A program made the position numbers and the translations under genes. From a virus (taxonomy: Duplodnaviria; Caudoviricetes), in the IMG/VR virus record IMGVR_UViG_3300033512_000056, positions 1 through 41,076 of that record: a stretch of 41,076 bases of DNA; one strand, 5' to 3'. The number at the start of each line of letters is the position of its first letter. Position 1 is the first letter of the stretch. Below the pieces are notes generated by a model, which was not told where the DNA came from, did no database searches, and was given only the letters and a program-made list of their open reading frames with translations. Of this stretch, positions 7,591-17,955 are shown one piece after another.

Positions 7591-7917
7591 TTATTTTACA
7601 AGCTCTCTTGCTATTGCCTTATAAATACAAACCATCATTGCTGGAGATACCCCCACCTCACCTGCTTGTTTAATCAAGTTATAACACTCTCTGCTTGGAC
7701 TTGGTGGTGTAATAAGTTTTGAGCCTCTAAATAAACAACCACTCAAACTATCCCATAATTTCATTGATATATCATTTAGGTGTTCATCTTTGCTTTTTTC
7801 AATTCTTTCTAATCCTATTTTTTCTTTTACTTGTTCGTACATTTCTGGTGTAGCAAATTGTATGTAATAATCGTGGTGGCTTACTTCTCCGTCTAAATAT
7901 TGTTGTCTTGTTTTCAT
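7591..7917 (-). CDS. Hypothetical protein
   Basis: 108-aa ORF in minus-strand operon. Confidence 0.75.
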   Translation of the reverse strand: MKTRQQYLDGEVSHHDYYIQFATPEMYEQVKEKIGLERIEKSKDEHLNDISMKLWDSLSGCLFRGSKLITPPSPSRECYNLIKQAGEVGVSPAMMVCIYKAIARELVK

Positions 7918-7918
7918 G

Positions 7919-8038
7919 TTATTGTGTAATTATTGATAATACTACAAACATACATACACCTAACCAAAACCAAACGATATGCTTAGTGCTTATTACTCCG
8001 TTTCTATTGTCAAAATACTCTTTTAAATCGCTTTTCAT
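7919..8038 (-). CDS. Small membrane peptide, 39 aa (not in ORF track)
   Basis: MKSDLKEYFDNRNGVISTKHIVWFWLGVCMFVVLSIITQ; first ORF after promoter 8075-8102; stop 1 nt before next ATG. Confidence 0.6.
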   Translation of the reverse strand: MKSDLKEYFDNRNGVISTKHIVWFWLGVCMFVVLSIITQ

Positions 8039-8255
8039 ATTGTTATATATTACTTGATAAACTTCTACCACTTAATAATAACAAATAACAAACAGAATAC
8101 AATACTACAAATAAAATAACTGTGGATAACTAAACAAACAACACGCCTTAATTCAAAGGTATAGACTATCAGCTACCTCAAAACAAATGCAACCTAGACG
8201 ATTATAGAGCGTCGAAAATAGCCAATAATGCCAATAAATGCTATAATAGGCTAAT

Positions 8256-8690
8256 ATGATGCCACCAAGTAAAGCGGTTAAGTTAATGAAAGACTATCGT
8301 GCTAACAACTTCAACGCAACTAAAACACTATTAGATAATGGATATAAAGAGTCAACTGCACAAAAAGAGCAGTACAAGACTATGGAAAGAGCTAATAAAG
8401 TAGTCAAAGCCATGCTACCAATAGATAAAGATAATACTATTCAAGAGACTAGCCAAGATGTACTAGCGTTAATTGGTTATACTAGGGAAGATGTGATTAA
8501 AGAGCTTATTAAGGTGGTAAATCAGGATAGAGACCTTACTAATAAACTCAAAGCAATGAAGCCATTACTCGACGCTATCAACTATCGATTAGAAGATGAC
8601 AACACTCAAAAGACCCCATCCGTTAACATTACTGTTGAAAGAGTTGAGACTAATGCTAGTGGTGATGTGATTGATGTTGTGAGTGAGTAG
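8256..8690 (+). CDS. terS: Terminase small subunit
   Basis: FNATKTLLDNGYKESTA resembles the TerS NATxAAxxAGYS HTH; upstream of TerL. Confidence 0.7.
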   Translation: MMPPSKAVKLMKDYRANNFNATKTLLDNGYKESTAQKEQYKTMERANKVVKAMLPIDKDNTIQETSQDVLALIGYTREDVIKELIKVVNQDRDLTNKLKAMKPLLDAINYRLEDDNTQKTPSVNITVERVETNASGDVIDVVSE

Positions 8691-9067
8691 GGAGGAGGGT
8701 ATGAGACCAAGTCATCCAATGGATATTGTATATATACCCCTCTCATATATTTTTAATATTTAGTACTATTTACAACACTTATATAATGTGTTCTAATTAG
8801 ACTAGATTAAATGATATAGGATTGCGGGTAAACCTTAGACTCCTCTACTTTATAGATAGTTTAGCTTTATTTAGTTTCAAGATTTAAGTAAGCCTTTTGT
8901 TCCAAGTTTGGTGTCTTGAAGTTTAGCTATTACTGGGCTTGTCCCACAATTAGAGCGATGAGTCATCTCGCCAACTTACTTTACTTACATTATTATAACA
9001 TATTGAAATGTGTGAAATGTTCAGTTTTCTCATTGTAATTTACCTATTTTTGTGTTATACTTATTAC

Positions 9068-9271
9068 ATGATAATATTTGAAAACAAGAACAAAGAATAC
9101 GTTGCTCTAGAGTTACCCCATGAAGCTAATAAGTATATTCCTGCGATGGTGGAACAAACTTTGGGTGAGGTATCGTCTATATGGCACGTCCCAGATAGTA
9201 AGGCTAAGGGTTGTTGTGCTACAGAGGGTGGTTATACTAACGCAACCCTAATATGGACTACGAAGAACTAG
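9068..9271 (+). CDS. Hypothetical protein
   Basis: ATG 6 nt after TGTTATACT; overlaps terL start. Confidence 0.6.
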   Translation: MIIFENKNKEYVALELPHEANKYIPAMVEQTLGEVSSIWHVPDSKAKGCCATEGGYTNATLIWTTKN

Positions 9272-10719
9272 GTCGTCAATGGTTAAGGGGGGAGGTGGTC
9301 ATCAAAGAGTTCAATGGGTTCTATTTTAATGAGAAGCAGATTAAATTTTTAAATAGTAAAGCACCAGAATCATTGATTTGTGGAGGCTACCGCTCAGGAA
9401 AAACTGTCGCTATGATAGCGAAGATGTGGTTATTGTGTATGTTCTTTCCTGGGAACAGACTATTACTAGGAAGAAAGACACTATCTGATATAGAATCAGC
9501 CACTATGCCTGCTGTACGAGATGTATTTCCTGCTGGTTCTTATACTTACTCTATAGGTAAACACATTATAGACTTCCCCAATGGTTCTCAAATCTTACTT
9601 TATGGTCTTGATACTTCTGTTTCAGGTGATGACTCAAAGAAATCTGCTCAAAAGATTAAGGGTTTGGACTTAGGAGGGTTCTTTATTGACCAGCTTGAAG
9701 AGGTAGAGTTTATGATTTACGAACAACTTACTGGTCGTTTGTCTAGGAATGTACCTTTTCATCAGGCTTGTGCCACAATTAACCCTGCAAACCACTGGTC
9801 TTATGATTATTTCAAGATTGCTCCTACTAAGAACGAAAAACTAGCTAAAAAACGCTATCTTATTGAAACTGGTATGAAGGATAATGAGAAAAACCTACCA
9901 GAAGGTTTCATTGAGGAACAAATGACTAAGGGTGATAGATATGTTAAGAGGTTTGTTCTTGGAGAATGGAGTCCTGACACTATGGTCGAGGGAACTGTCT
10001 TTGAACCAGAGTTCCTTGATAGAATGAGAGGTCAGTTGCGTGAACCCTTACGAGAACATGGCGGTATTAAAATCTTTGAAGATTATGAGAATGGTCAAGA
10101 GTATCAAATTGGTGTAGACCCTTCGCTTGGAGACTCAGACCCTTGCTCTATAAAGGTTATATCTAAAACCACGGGGCGTGAGGTGGCTTCATTTAATGGT
10201 TATGTTCCGACCACAGCGATAGTAAACAAGGTATTGACCTTATGTGACCTGTATAACGAACCACTCGTCATACCAGAAGTAACTGGTGTAGGACAAGCCT
10301 TTATTGAGGAGTTCCGTAAACGATACGACAAGATATTTATTCGTGAGGTTTATAACCAACGAGGTAAGTTTAAAACAAAGAAGCTCGGCTTTCATACAAA
10401 CTACGCTACCAAAACTCAACTCATTGAACATTATAGGAAACAACTTCAAAAGGGTTTTCCTAAAGTTTCAGATAAAACTACTTTCGAGGAATTTCAGGTT
10501 TTCACTTACTCGAATACTGCTTCATCACAAGGGGCTTCTGCACCTAGCGGTTATCATGACGATAATGTTATGGCGACCTTATTAGCATTTTGGGCGGTAG
10601 AGGGGGAGGGTGATGTGACCAAAGAAGATGTAAAACAATCCTTTATAAGAGAGGAGCTAAAAAAAATACAAAAAGTAATTAAACGAACCATGAGGGCTAA
10701 ACACTCTACAAGTCGTTAA
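9253..10719 (+). CDS. terL: Terminase large subunit
   Basis: Walker A GGYRSGKT, Walker B FFIDQLEE, TINP coupling motif, nuclease GVDP and HDD. Confidence 0.95.
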   Translation: MDYEELGRQWLRGEVVIKEFNGFYFNEKQIKFLNSKAPESLICGGYRSGKTVAMIAKMWLLCMFFPGNRLLLGRKTLSDIESATMPAVRDVFPAGSYTYSIGKHIIDFPNGSQILLYGLDTSVSGDDSKKSAQKIKGLDLGGFFIDQLEEVEFMIYEQLTGRLSRNVPFHQACATINPANHWSYDYFKIAPTKNEKLAKKRYLIETGMKDNEKNLPEGFIEEQMTKGDRYVKRFVLGEWSPDTMVEGTVFEPEFLDRMRGQLREPLREHGGIKIFEDYENGQEYQIGVDPSLGDSDPCSIKVISKTTGREVASFNGYVPTTAIVNKVLTLCDLYNEPLVIPEVTGVGQAFIEEFRKRYDKIFIREVYNQRGKFKTKKLGFHTNYATKTQLIEHYRKQLQKGFPKVSDKTTFEEFQVFTYSNTASSQGASAPSGYHDDNVMATLLAFWAVEGEGDVTKEDVKQSFIREELKKIQKVIKRTMRAKHSTSR

Positions 10720-10747
10720 TGTTATAATATAAGGATAACAACTAAAT

Positions 10748-12514
10748 ATGAATATACAATCACACATTAAGCAGTTGGTGTCAAACTATCCTCAAGCCAA
10801 ATGCGAAAGAGTCGAGGGCAATTATTTTTATCCATTTGAAGTTATAAAGACAATAGAATATTACACTGATTCAAAATATCTGTTCGGACAGAAAGATGAA
10901 TTAGGTAGAGATAAACCCTTTCTAAACAGGGTTAATTATCGTTTAATTACAGCAGTTAAAGCTACACCATTTTCTACTAAGGACATTCAGTTAGTTCCTG
11001 ATGGAGATGAGAATACTTTAAGAGTTGCGTTACTTGACCACGAACTACATGATTGGTTTAAGTTAGCTAACTATGATGCTTCTATTGATGAGATGAGATA
11101 TGTTCGACCTAAACATGGTGAACTTATTGTTAAGAAAATTGAGAAAAATGGAGAACTAAAAATCGAAGTTGTGGATTTAAGAAATGTTATAGTTGACCCT
11201 ACTTCACTTTATCGGACTCTTATTGAAGTTCAATATATGTCGCCTTCAGAATTGGCGAAACAAAAAGGTTGGGACACTGCTGAACTATTAAGCAATCCTA
11301 ATGCTCGAACAAATAAGATGAAGATTATGGATGGAGAAACTGATTCAACAGTAGACCAATATGAAGTCTACGAAGTTTACGGAGAGTTTCCTCTTTCAAT
11401 GATTGAAGATGGTGGTGACGAAAATGATTACAGACTTTACCGATTGTATATTTGTAATGACACAATTCTACATCAAGCAGAGATAAGTGAGTTCCCATAT
11501 AAGAATCTATCTTGGGAAGCGGTTAATGGTCGTTCTATTGGTCGTGGTGTTGTAGAAGCTGGATTTGAAGCTCAAGTCTGGTCAAACGATGCAGTATTAA
11601 AACAAAGAGATATGATGGAACACGCTTCCAAAATTACCTTTGTTACTGATGACTATGATGTTGAAGATAACGTCTTAACTGATTACGGTTCAGGTTCTAT
11701 CATTAAAATTGGAGATGGAAAATCTTTCAAGATGTTGAATACTGTTCCTACTTCGCTTCCACAAATAAATAACTTATTGCAAATGTGGGATACTCAATAT
11801 CAAGAAGTATCATCTTCATTTGATTCTATTACTGGTGCTTCAATGCCATCAAGAACTCCATTCAGAACAATGGCAATGCTTAATCAAGCAGGTGCTTCTG
11901 ACTTTGCAGAAAAGAACAAAGCCTTTGGAATTTTCCAAAAAGAGATTATCTATGATTGGGTATTACCTTACTTAATTAAGAAACTAAAAAGCGGACACAG
12001 ATTACTTGTTGATTTCTCTAAAGAAGAAATGGATTTGTTTGAAGAAGATTTTGCTAACTTTGAAGTTAATAAATTCGTTAAATCTGAAATCTTAAAAGGT
12101 CGCAGAATTACAATGGAAGAATTAGCTCAACTACGAGAACTAGCTAAAGCTAAAAAACTTACTCGCAGAATAATGGATATACCAGATGGCTACTATGCAG
12201 ATATTAGAACAAAGGTAGATATAATTACTTCAGGAGAAAACATTGATAAACAAGCTATGTTTGAATCTCTAAACAATATGTTGATGACAGTAGCACAAAA
12301 CCCTCAAATAATGACAGACCCAATGCTATCAAAATTGTTTGGAAAGATTATTGACCTAGCAGGTGTTGGTATTTCATTACCAGAATTAACAGCTAACCTA
12401 AATCAAAATGTGGACACGAATCAAGCAAATGTATCAGGACAAGGGATTGGTGGAGGAACTCAAGGAATACAGCCAAATAGTTCTGGACAAGCAAATACTC
12501 AAAGGAGTTTCTAA
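10748..12514 (+). CDS. Portal protein (P22-like)
   Basis: Follows TerL; 588 aa; GRGVVE and ITG..RTP motifs; Q/N-rich tail. Confidence 0.85.
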   Translation: MNIQSHIKQLVSNYPQAKCERVEGNYFYPFEVIKTIEYYTDSKYLFGQKDELGRDKPFLNRVNYRLITAVKATPFSTKDIQLVPDGDENTLRVALLDHELHDWFKLANYDASIDEMRYVRPKHGELIVKKIEKNGELKIEVVDLRNVIVDPTSLYRTLIEVQYMSPSELAKQKGWDTAELLSNPNARTNKMKIMDGETDSTVDQYEVYEVYGEFPLSMIEDGGDENDYRLYRLYICNDTILHQAEISEFPYKNLSWEAVNGRSIGRGVVEAGFEAQVWSNDAVLKQRDMMEHASKITFVTDDYDVEDNVLTDYGSGSIIKIGDGKSFKMLNTVPTSLPQINNLLQMWDTQYQEVSSSFDSITGASMPSRTPFRTMAMLNQAGASDFAEKNKAFGIFQKEIIYDWVLPYLIKKLKSGHRLLVDFSKEEMDLFEEDFANFEVNKFVKSEILKGRRITMEELAQLRELAKAKKLTRRIMDIPDGYYADIRTKVDIITSGENIDKQAMFESLNNMLMTVAQNPQIMTDPMLSKLFGKIIDLAGVGISLPELTANLNQNVDTNQANVSGQGIGGGTQGIQPNSSGQANTQRSF

Positions 12515-12629
12515 AGGAACTTCAAGCGAATCATTAAACGAAGCCCGTAAAATGGCTTTGTCTATATTCGATGAAATGAAGAAAGACTTTAAAATTAAAA
12601 CTACTAGAACACCGAGAGAGATACGCTAA
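12408..12629 (+). CDS. Small hypothetical protein after portal
   Basis: Overlaps low-complexity portal tail; helical sequence. Confidence 0.55.
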   Translation: MWTRIKQMYQDKGLVEELKEYSQIVLDKQILKGVSKGTSSESLNEARKMALSIFDEMKKDFKIKTTRTPREIR

Positions 12630-12686
12630 GTGAACTAGATAAAATGTTATAATAAATAAATAACTAAACAATAACAAGTAAATAAT

Positions 12687-15686
12687 ATGGCTAATAGATA
12701 TTTAATAACAGGTGGTGGAAACGTAGTCTGGACTGCTGCAGATACTGGTATTTGGAGTGACTCATCTGGTGGTGCTACTGGTGCTTCTGTTCCAGGTGTT
12801 GATGATGATGTAATAATGGATGCCTCTTCAGGTGGTGGTAAAGTAACTCTAGGTGATGATATAAGTGTTAAATCTATTACTATGGGGGCATTTACTGGAG
12901 AGTTTGATGCGAGTACTTATAGTCCAACAATGCAGACGTTTAGTAATACTAGCACTGGAACAAGAACACTCTCTCCTGGTTCTGGCACTTGGACAATTAC
13001 AGGTAACAACGCAACAGTATTTGCCCAAACGACAACAACTAACTTAACGATATCCGCTAATACGGCTACAGTAGATTTTAACTACTCTGGGTCAACAGGA
13101 ACTAGAACTATAAACATAAACACTTCTGGTGTTTCAGGTAGATGGAATACAATTAAGATATCCGCTGGTACTGATATAATAACTTTTGGCACAACCACTT
13201 GTACCAACTTAGACTTTACGGGATTTACTGGTACTGTTACAACAATAACTACGTCTGCCAGAAATTTAAATGGATATTTAACATTAGGTTCTGGTATGAC
13301 TTATGGAGGAACTGGTACTGGAGTAACTACGTTCAGTTCAACAACGGGAACAAAAACAATTACGTCTAATGGTGTTGCATTAAATTTTTCTATCACCTTC
13401 GATGGTGTCGGGGGCACTTGGCAACTCGCTGATGCTCTCTCAACCACAGGAACTATTACATTAACTAATGGTACATTCAACGCTAACAACAAAAACGTCA
13501 CCTGTTCAGTTTTCTCATCTTCTAACTCTAACACTAGAGTGTTGACTATGGGTAGTGGTACTTGGACATTGACGGGAACTGGTACAGTATGGAATACAGC
13601 AACAACAACTAACCTAACCTTTAATAAGGACACAGCAAATATTAAGGTAACAGATGAAGCTACAGCAGCAGGTTGTACATTCTCTGGAGGTAGTAAGGCA
13701 TATAACGGATTATGGTTTGCGAGAGGTGCTAGTACAGAATCTAACACTATTGTTGGTGACAACAGCTTTGTTGCATTACAAGATACTGGTTCAGAAGCAC
13801 ACTCATTATTATTTACTGCGGGTTCTACAACTAGAGTAGACAACTTTCCAATAAGTGGTACAGCAGGAAAACTAATCACACTAAACTCTACAACTACCGA
13901 TGTATTTAATTTAATTTCTAATGGGAATATATTTGATAGAGATTATCTAAATATTCAACACTCAGTTGCGACACCAGATTATCATTGGTATGCAGGAACA
14001 CATTCTGTTGATAATCAAGATGACGAAACTGCTGGTTCTGGATGGATATTCACAGTAAAACCATTAAATGTTCCAGGAGAAATGTTATTCACAACTCAAG
14101 AATGTCTTAATATCCTAGCTAGTAAAGGAGACACAATTCAAGGAAACTTAATGACACTTACTGGACACACACCAACGAGTGCTAGTGTTGTTACTCCCAT
14201 CTCCGTTAAAGGCGGTGTTATTCGTAATATAGACCAAGCCACAGGAGATATAGCTAGGACTACAGCAGGCTGGATAGAAGATGAAAAGTATGGTATATAC
14301 TTTCGTGTTGCCGCCAATGGAGTGAGTGGAGAATTTGACACTGCAATTACAAGGACTGGTAGTAAAACGATTAAAGTTTCAACCACAGACACAGCAGGTA
14401 GAGGAAGGGCAATAATTGGTGGTACACTTGGGATTGATGCAAATAGCACACCTGAAGTTCTAACTAAATACGGTGTTCCAGTAAAAGCGTCAACCGTATA
14501 TAGATTAAGGTGTTACGTTAAAACTAATAACGTTGCTTCCGATTCTGCATATCTAGATTATGGTTTTTGGGATGTTGCTGGAACAAAAACAAGCGGTGCA
14601 TTGACGACTAATAAATTAAGTGGAACAAATGACTGGACTCCTGTGGAAAGCACTTTCACTACACCCGCAACCACTGCCTATGCTTCAATAAGATTTCAAA
14701 ACTCAGTCGCAGGCAACATCTCAGACGCTTGGTTTGACATCAACTCTATGACCCTCGAAGAAGTCTCTACTATAACTAATCCATTACCTTACGCAGTAAA
14801 ATTCTATCCTAAAGGAACAGCAGTAAGTAGTACAGATAATATAGACCAGAGTCAGGTCAGTGGTGGTGTTAGTTTGGAGTTCGGAATGTTGACTCAAAAA
14901 AAGAAACAGGGGCAACAAATAATCCCGACAAAGAAGTATTTAACTGGTGTTGTAATACAAAAAGTTGCAAGCACTGGAACTTATACAGGAAATGTTGTCG
15001 TAACATTACAAGGGGACAGTACAGACACCCCAGATGGTAACATATTATCAACGATTACTATTCCAAACGCAACATGGGAAGGCTTAACTAACTCAGCAGA
15101 CTATACTGTAGCACTAAATTCTACTCTAACTATTGGTAGTAAATATTGGATAGTATTAGATAGTTCTACTAATGACGACTCAAATCACCCGAATTTTAAT
15201 TTCTTTGCAACAACAGCTTCCTATGCTGGAATAACTAGCACTTTTGTTTCGAGCTGGACAACTAGAACTGGTGATTTTTACTTCAAAACCCTATACTCTA
15301 AAAACACCACTAACATGACAGTTAGAACAGATACAGAGACTCTATCAGTCACAGCTCCTACAGTAGAGGGCTGGGCTAATGGAACTGTTATAGATAGTGC
15401 TATAGAACAACCAACATTTCAAGGATTTACACTAGCTCCAGGGGCTAACACATTTTACTTATCTTCAAATGGTTCTGACCTAGCAGACGGAGAAACAGAT
15501 GAATCTCTACAAGTAACTGTAAGTGGATTATTGGGAACGTCATCTTATGACGCAAGTATTCAAGATTTAGCAAATATCTGGGCAGAAACTTCAGGTTTAT
15601 CAACACAAGATGCAATCAATGTCAAGGCAGGAACAACAGGTAGAGATATTCAATCAGCATTAAACAAACTAATAGACGGAATATAA
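12687..15686 (+). CDS. Large Thr/Gly-rich virion surface or fibre protein (beta-helix plus CBM-like domain)
   Basis: Repeated LTMGSGTWTLTG-type units; CBM4/9-like segment YRLRCYVKT..GTNDWT..FTTP..AWFD; own promoter. Confidence 0.65.
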   Translation: MANRYLITGGGNVVWTAADTGIWSDSSGGATGASVPGVDDDVIMDASSGGGKVTLGDDISVKSITMGAFTGEFDASTYSPTMQTFSNTSTGTRTLSPGSGTWTITGNNATVFAQTTTTNLTISANTATVDFNYSGSTGTRTININTSGVSGRWNTIKISAGTDIITFGTTTCTNLDFTGFTGTVTTITTSARNLNGYLTLGSGMTYGGTGTGVTTFSSTTGTKTITSNGVALNFSITFDGVGGTWQLADALSTTGTITLTNGTFNANNKNVTCSVFSSSNSNTRVLTMGSGTWTLTGTGTVWNTATTTNLTFNKDTANIKVTDEATAAGCTFSGGSKAYNGLWFARGASTESNTIVGDNSFVALQDTGSEAHSLLFTAGSTTRVDNFPISGTAGKLITLNSTTTDVFNLISNGNIFDRDYLNIQHSVATPDYHWYAGTHSVDNQDDETAGSGWIFTVKPLNVPGEMLFTTQECLNILASKGDTIQGNLMTLTGHTPTSASVVTPISVKGGVIRNIDQATGDIARTTAGWIEDEKYGIYFRVAANGVSGEFDTAITRTGSKTIKVSTTDTAGRGRAIIGGTLGIDANSTPEVLTKYGVPVKASTVYRLRCYVKTNNVASDSAYLDYGFWDVAGTKTSGALTTNKLSGTNDWTPVESTFTTPATTAYASIRFQNSVAGNISDAWFDINSMTLEEVSTITNPLPYAVKFYPKGTAVSSTDNIDQSQVSGGVSLEFGMLTQKKKQGQQIIPTKKYLTGVVIQKVASTGTYTGNVVVTLQGDSTDTPDGNILSTITIPNATWEGLTNSADYTVALNSTLTIGSKYWIVLDSSTNDDSNHPNFNFFATTASYAGITSTFVSSWTTRTGDFYFKTLYSKNTTNMTVRTDTETLSVTAPTVEGWANGTVIDSAIEQPTFQGFTLAPGANTFYLSSNGSDLADGETDESLQVTVSGLLGTSSYDASIQDLANIWAETSGLSTQDAINVKAGTTGRDIQSALNKLIDGI

Positions 15687-15687
15687 T

Positions 15688-16155
15688 ATGGATATAATAA
15701 TGGAGAACAGAGAAAAACGCCTGGTTGAACTCGAAGCTCTTGCAGAAAAACACACAGAAACTGTCAAGTCACTTGAGAGTGAAATTCAGGCTAGACTAAG
15801 TAAGATAGATACCCTTAAATTACAACAATCAGGTATCGAAGATAAACTAAACTCATTAAGAGATGATTTAAACTTACTCGTTATGAAACAAGGAGAAGCA
15901 CAGAAACGATATGAGGTAGTTTTACCTATTGTTAATTCCTTTCCTTCAAAGAACGCAGAACTTACCGAGAAGCTAGATAAACTAAGCGAGGATATTATCG
16001 CAAATCAAAAAATACTTGAAGCCAATCAAAAACAAGTAGAAGAAATGTATAAGAACCCACATAGAATTGAATACTACATTAAAGGTTTACAGGTTGCCAC
16101 AAATAAGAAAGGCAAGATAGATGTTGCCGAGGAAATGAAATTCCTAAATATGTAA
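15688..16155 (+). CDS. Coiled-coil protein
   Basis: Heptad L/E/K pattern. Confidence 0.7.
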   Translation: MDIIMENREKRLVELEALAEKHTETVKSLESEIQARLSKIDTLKLQQSGIEDKLNSLRDDLNLLVMKQGEAQKRYEVVLPIVNSFPSKNAELTEKLDKLSEDIIANQKILEANQKQVEEMYKNPHRIEYYIKGLQVATNKKGKIDVAEEMKFLNM

Positions 16156-16222
16156 TTCTGTGGTATAATATTAATATTACTAAGGCAGTTGTGTAATCTG
16201 CCGTAACAAATAACAACGAAAC

Positions 16223-16765
16223 ATGAATGATGAAAATCAGGAGAATCTTGACTCCGTAGTTCAAGACATTAGTGGTGGTGATAATGTAGAAGAAACACCT
16301 GCCGAAACCGAAACAGTTGATATGGAGGCTCATAAAAAGGCACTTCAAATCGCTGAAGACCAGAAACGTAGAGCTGAGAAAGCAGAGGCAAAACTCAAAG
16401 AACTCAAGGCTCAATCAAATAATCAACCTGAACCTCAAAAATCAGAAGGACAAAAAGAAGTGAAAACTTCTGGAGATACCCTAACCAAAGCAGAAGCTCG
16501 TTTGTACGCAAAAGGGTATTCTGATGCGGAGATAGAGCGTATCATGTCTATTGCAAGAATCGAGGGTGAAGACCCTTTGGTTTCAGCAGAATCTGATTAC
16601 TTCAAAATCTGGAAAGAAAGAGAAGATAAAAAAAGAGAAACTCAAGATACCCAGTTGGGAGCATCGAGAGGTTCAGCTAAAATAAAACCCAAGAAAGCAG
16701 TGAACAGCCCTGGACTAACCAGAGAGGAACACAAAGCTCTTGTGTTAGAAGCGATGGGTAGATAG
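16223..16765 (+). CDS. Capsid scaffolding protein
   Basis: Acidic N-terminus, coiled coil RAEKAEAKLKELK, directly before capsid gene. Confidence 0.8.
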   Translation: MNDENQENLDSVVQDISGGDNVEETPAETETVDMEAHKKALQIAEDQKRRAEKAEAKLKELKAQSNNQPEPQKSEGQKEVKTSGDTLTKAEARLYAKGYSDAEIERIMSIARIEGEDPLVSAESDYFKIWKEREDKKRETQDTQLGASRGSAKIKPKKAVNSPGLTREEHKALVLEAMGR

Positions 16766-16809
16766 TTCTTGAAACAGAACCCATTAATAGTTCATTATAA
16801 TTTAATAAA

Positions 16810-17709
16810 ATGGCTTATCCAACAAATAGTCACACAAGTACTTCATTGGCTTCTTTTATCCCAGAAAAATGGGGACAGAAGATTAATGAGTTCTTTCGTG
16901 CTAAATTAACAGCAGCACCTTTCTTCACAGATAGGTCAGACGAAGTAAGTATGGGTGGTGATGTTCTATATACTCCAAATATATCAGAATTAACTGCTTC
17001 ACTTAAAAGTAATGCAACAGCAGTAAGTTTAGTAGCTCCAACAGACGCTAAAGTTACTCTAACTGTAAATCAATGGTATGAATCTTCTTTCGCAATCGAA
17101 GATGCAGAAGCAGCTCAAGTACAACGTTCATATTCAATTATGGAACGATATGCTCAATCAGCAGCTTACGCTATCGCTAAGAAATTAGATGGTGCTATCG
17201 TAGCATTATTCTCAGGTTTCTCTAACTCAGTCGGTGCTTCTACTTCAGTTCTAGTAGACTCAGACATTAGAGGAGCTATCTCAGTTCTTGAATCAGCAAA
17301 CGTAGATACATCAGAATGTGCGTTCTTCGTACACCCTGGCGTATTCTGGAAACAGATTCAAGGTATTGATAGATTTGCTTTGGCAGTTAACTCACCAGTT
17401 AACGACCCAACAGCTAAAACACCAGCAGGTTACCTATATGGTATCCCAGTATTCCAAACATCTCAAATCGAGTATGTTTCAGGTACAACTGGTAGAATTA
17501 ACGCTTTGGCTCACCCAGACGCAATTCATTTCGCAACTTCTCCATTAGGAGCAGGAGGCTCAATGGGTTCAATGGTTGGTTCAAGTGGTATTCGAGTTCA
17601 ATCAAACTACATTCCTGAATACTTGTCAACAGTAACAACTGCAGACATTCTATACGGAGTTGTAGAAAATAGAGACGCAGCAGGAGTTCAAATCATAACT
17701 TCAGCTTAG
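16810..17709 (+). CDS. Major capsid protein (HK97 fold)
   Basis: FIPEKW..GDVLYTP..YAIAKKLD..VHP..GYLYGIPV..DILYGV; position after scaffold. Confidence 0.9.
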   Translation: MAYPTNSHTSTSLASFIPEKWGQKINEFFRAKLTAAPFFTDRSDEVSMGGDVLYTPNISELTASLKSNATAVSLVAPTDAKVTLTVNQWYESSFAIEDAEAAQVQRSYSIMERYAQSAAYAIAKKLDGAIVALFSGFSNSVGASTSVLVDSDIRGAISVLESANVDTSECAFFVHPGVFWKQIQGIDRFALAVNSPVNDPTAKTPAGYLYGIPVFQTSQIEYVSGTTGRINALAHPDAIHFATSPLGAGGSMGSMVGSSGIRVQSNYIPEYLSTVTTADILYGVVENRDAAGVQIITSA

Positions 17710-17715
17710 GTTGTC

Positions 17716-17759
17716 TGTCCTCACTTCTATCCTTAATGGGAGTGGGGACACATTAAGGG
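17716..17759 (+). promoter_or_regulatory. Pseudoknot or alternative-hairpin RNA element after capsid stop
   Basis: Stem 17716-17727/17739-17750; loop TCCTTAATG pairs with CATTAAGGG 17751-17759. Confidence 0.55.
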
Positions 17760-17777
17760 GGTAACTAATAAACTATT

Positions 17778-17954
17778 ATGCAAAAATTAAATGTATTAAA
17801 AAGCAGAGATGCAAAGCCAGTAGCAAATGGTGTGGTAGGCAGAAGCAAAGTAAGTATCTCACCAAATCTTATTAGGGTTTCAGAAAGACTAGATAAAGAC
17901 GGAAATGTAATCGACCCGAGGACACGCCAAATAATTAGATTAGCAGAGAACTAA
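17778..17954 (+). CDS. Hypothetical 58-aa protein (not in ORF track)
   Basis: MQKLNVLKSRDAKPVANGVVGRSKVSISPNLIRVSERLDKDGNVIDPRTRQIIRLAEN; stop 1 nt before next ATG. Confidence 0.7.
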   Translation: MQKLNVLKSRDAKPVANGVVGRSKVSISPNLIRVSERLDKDGNVIDPRTRQIIRLAEN

Positions 17955-17955
17955 T

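Noticed and set aside
13301-13879. Long antisense ORFs (also 28525-29178, 31500-31790, 39273-39944 and similar)
   Set aside because: Shadows of codon-biased real genes on the opposite strand
17707-17736. Capsid extension by stop readthrough
   Set aside because: In-frame TAA after 8 codons
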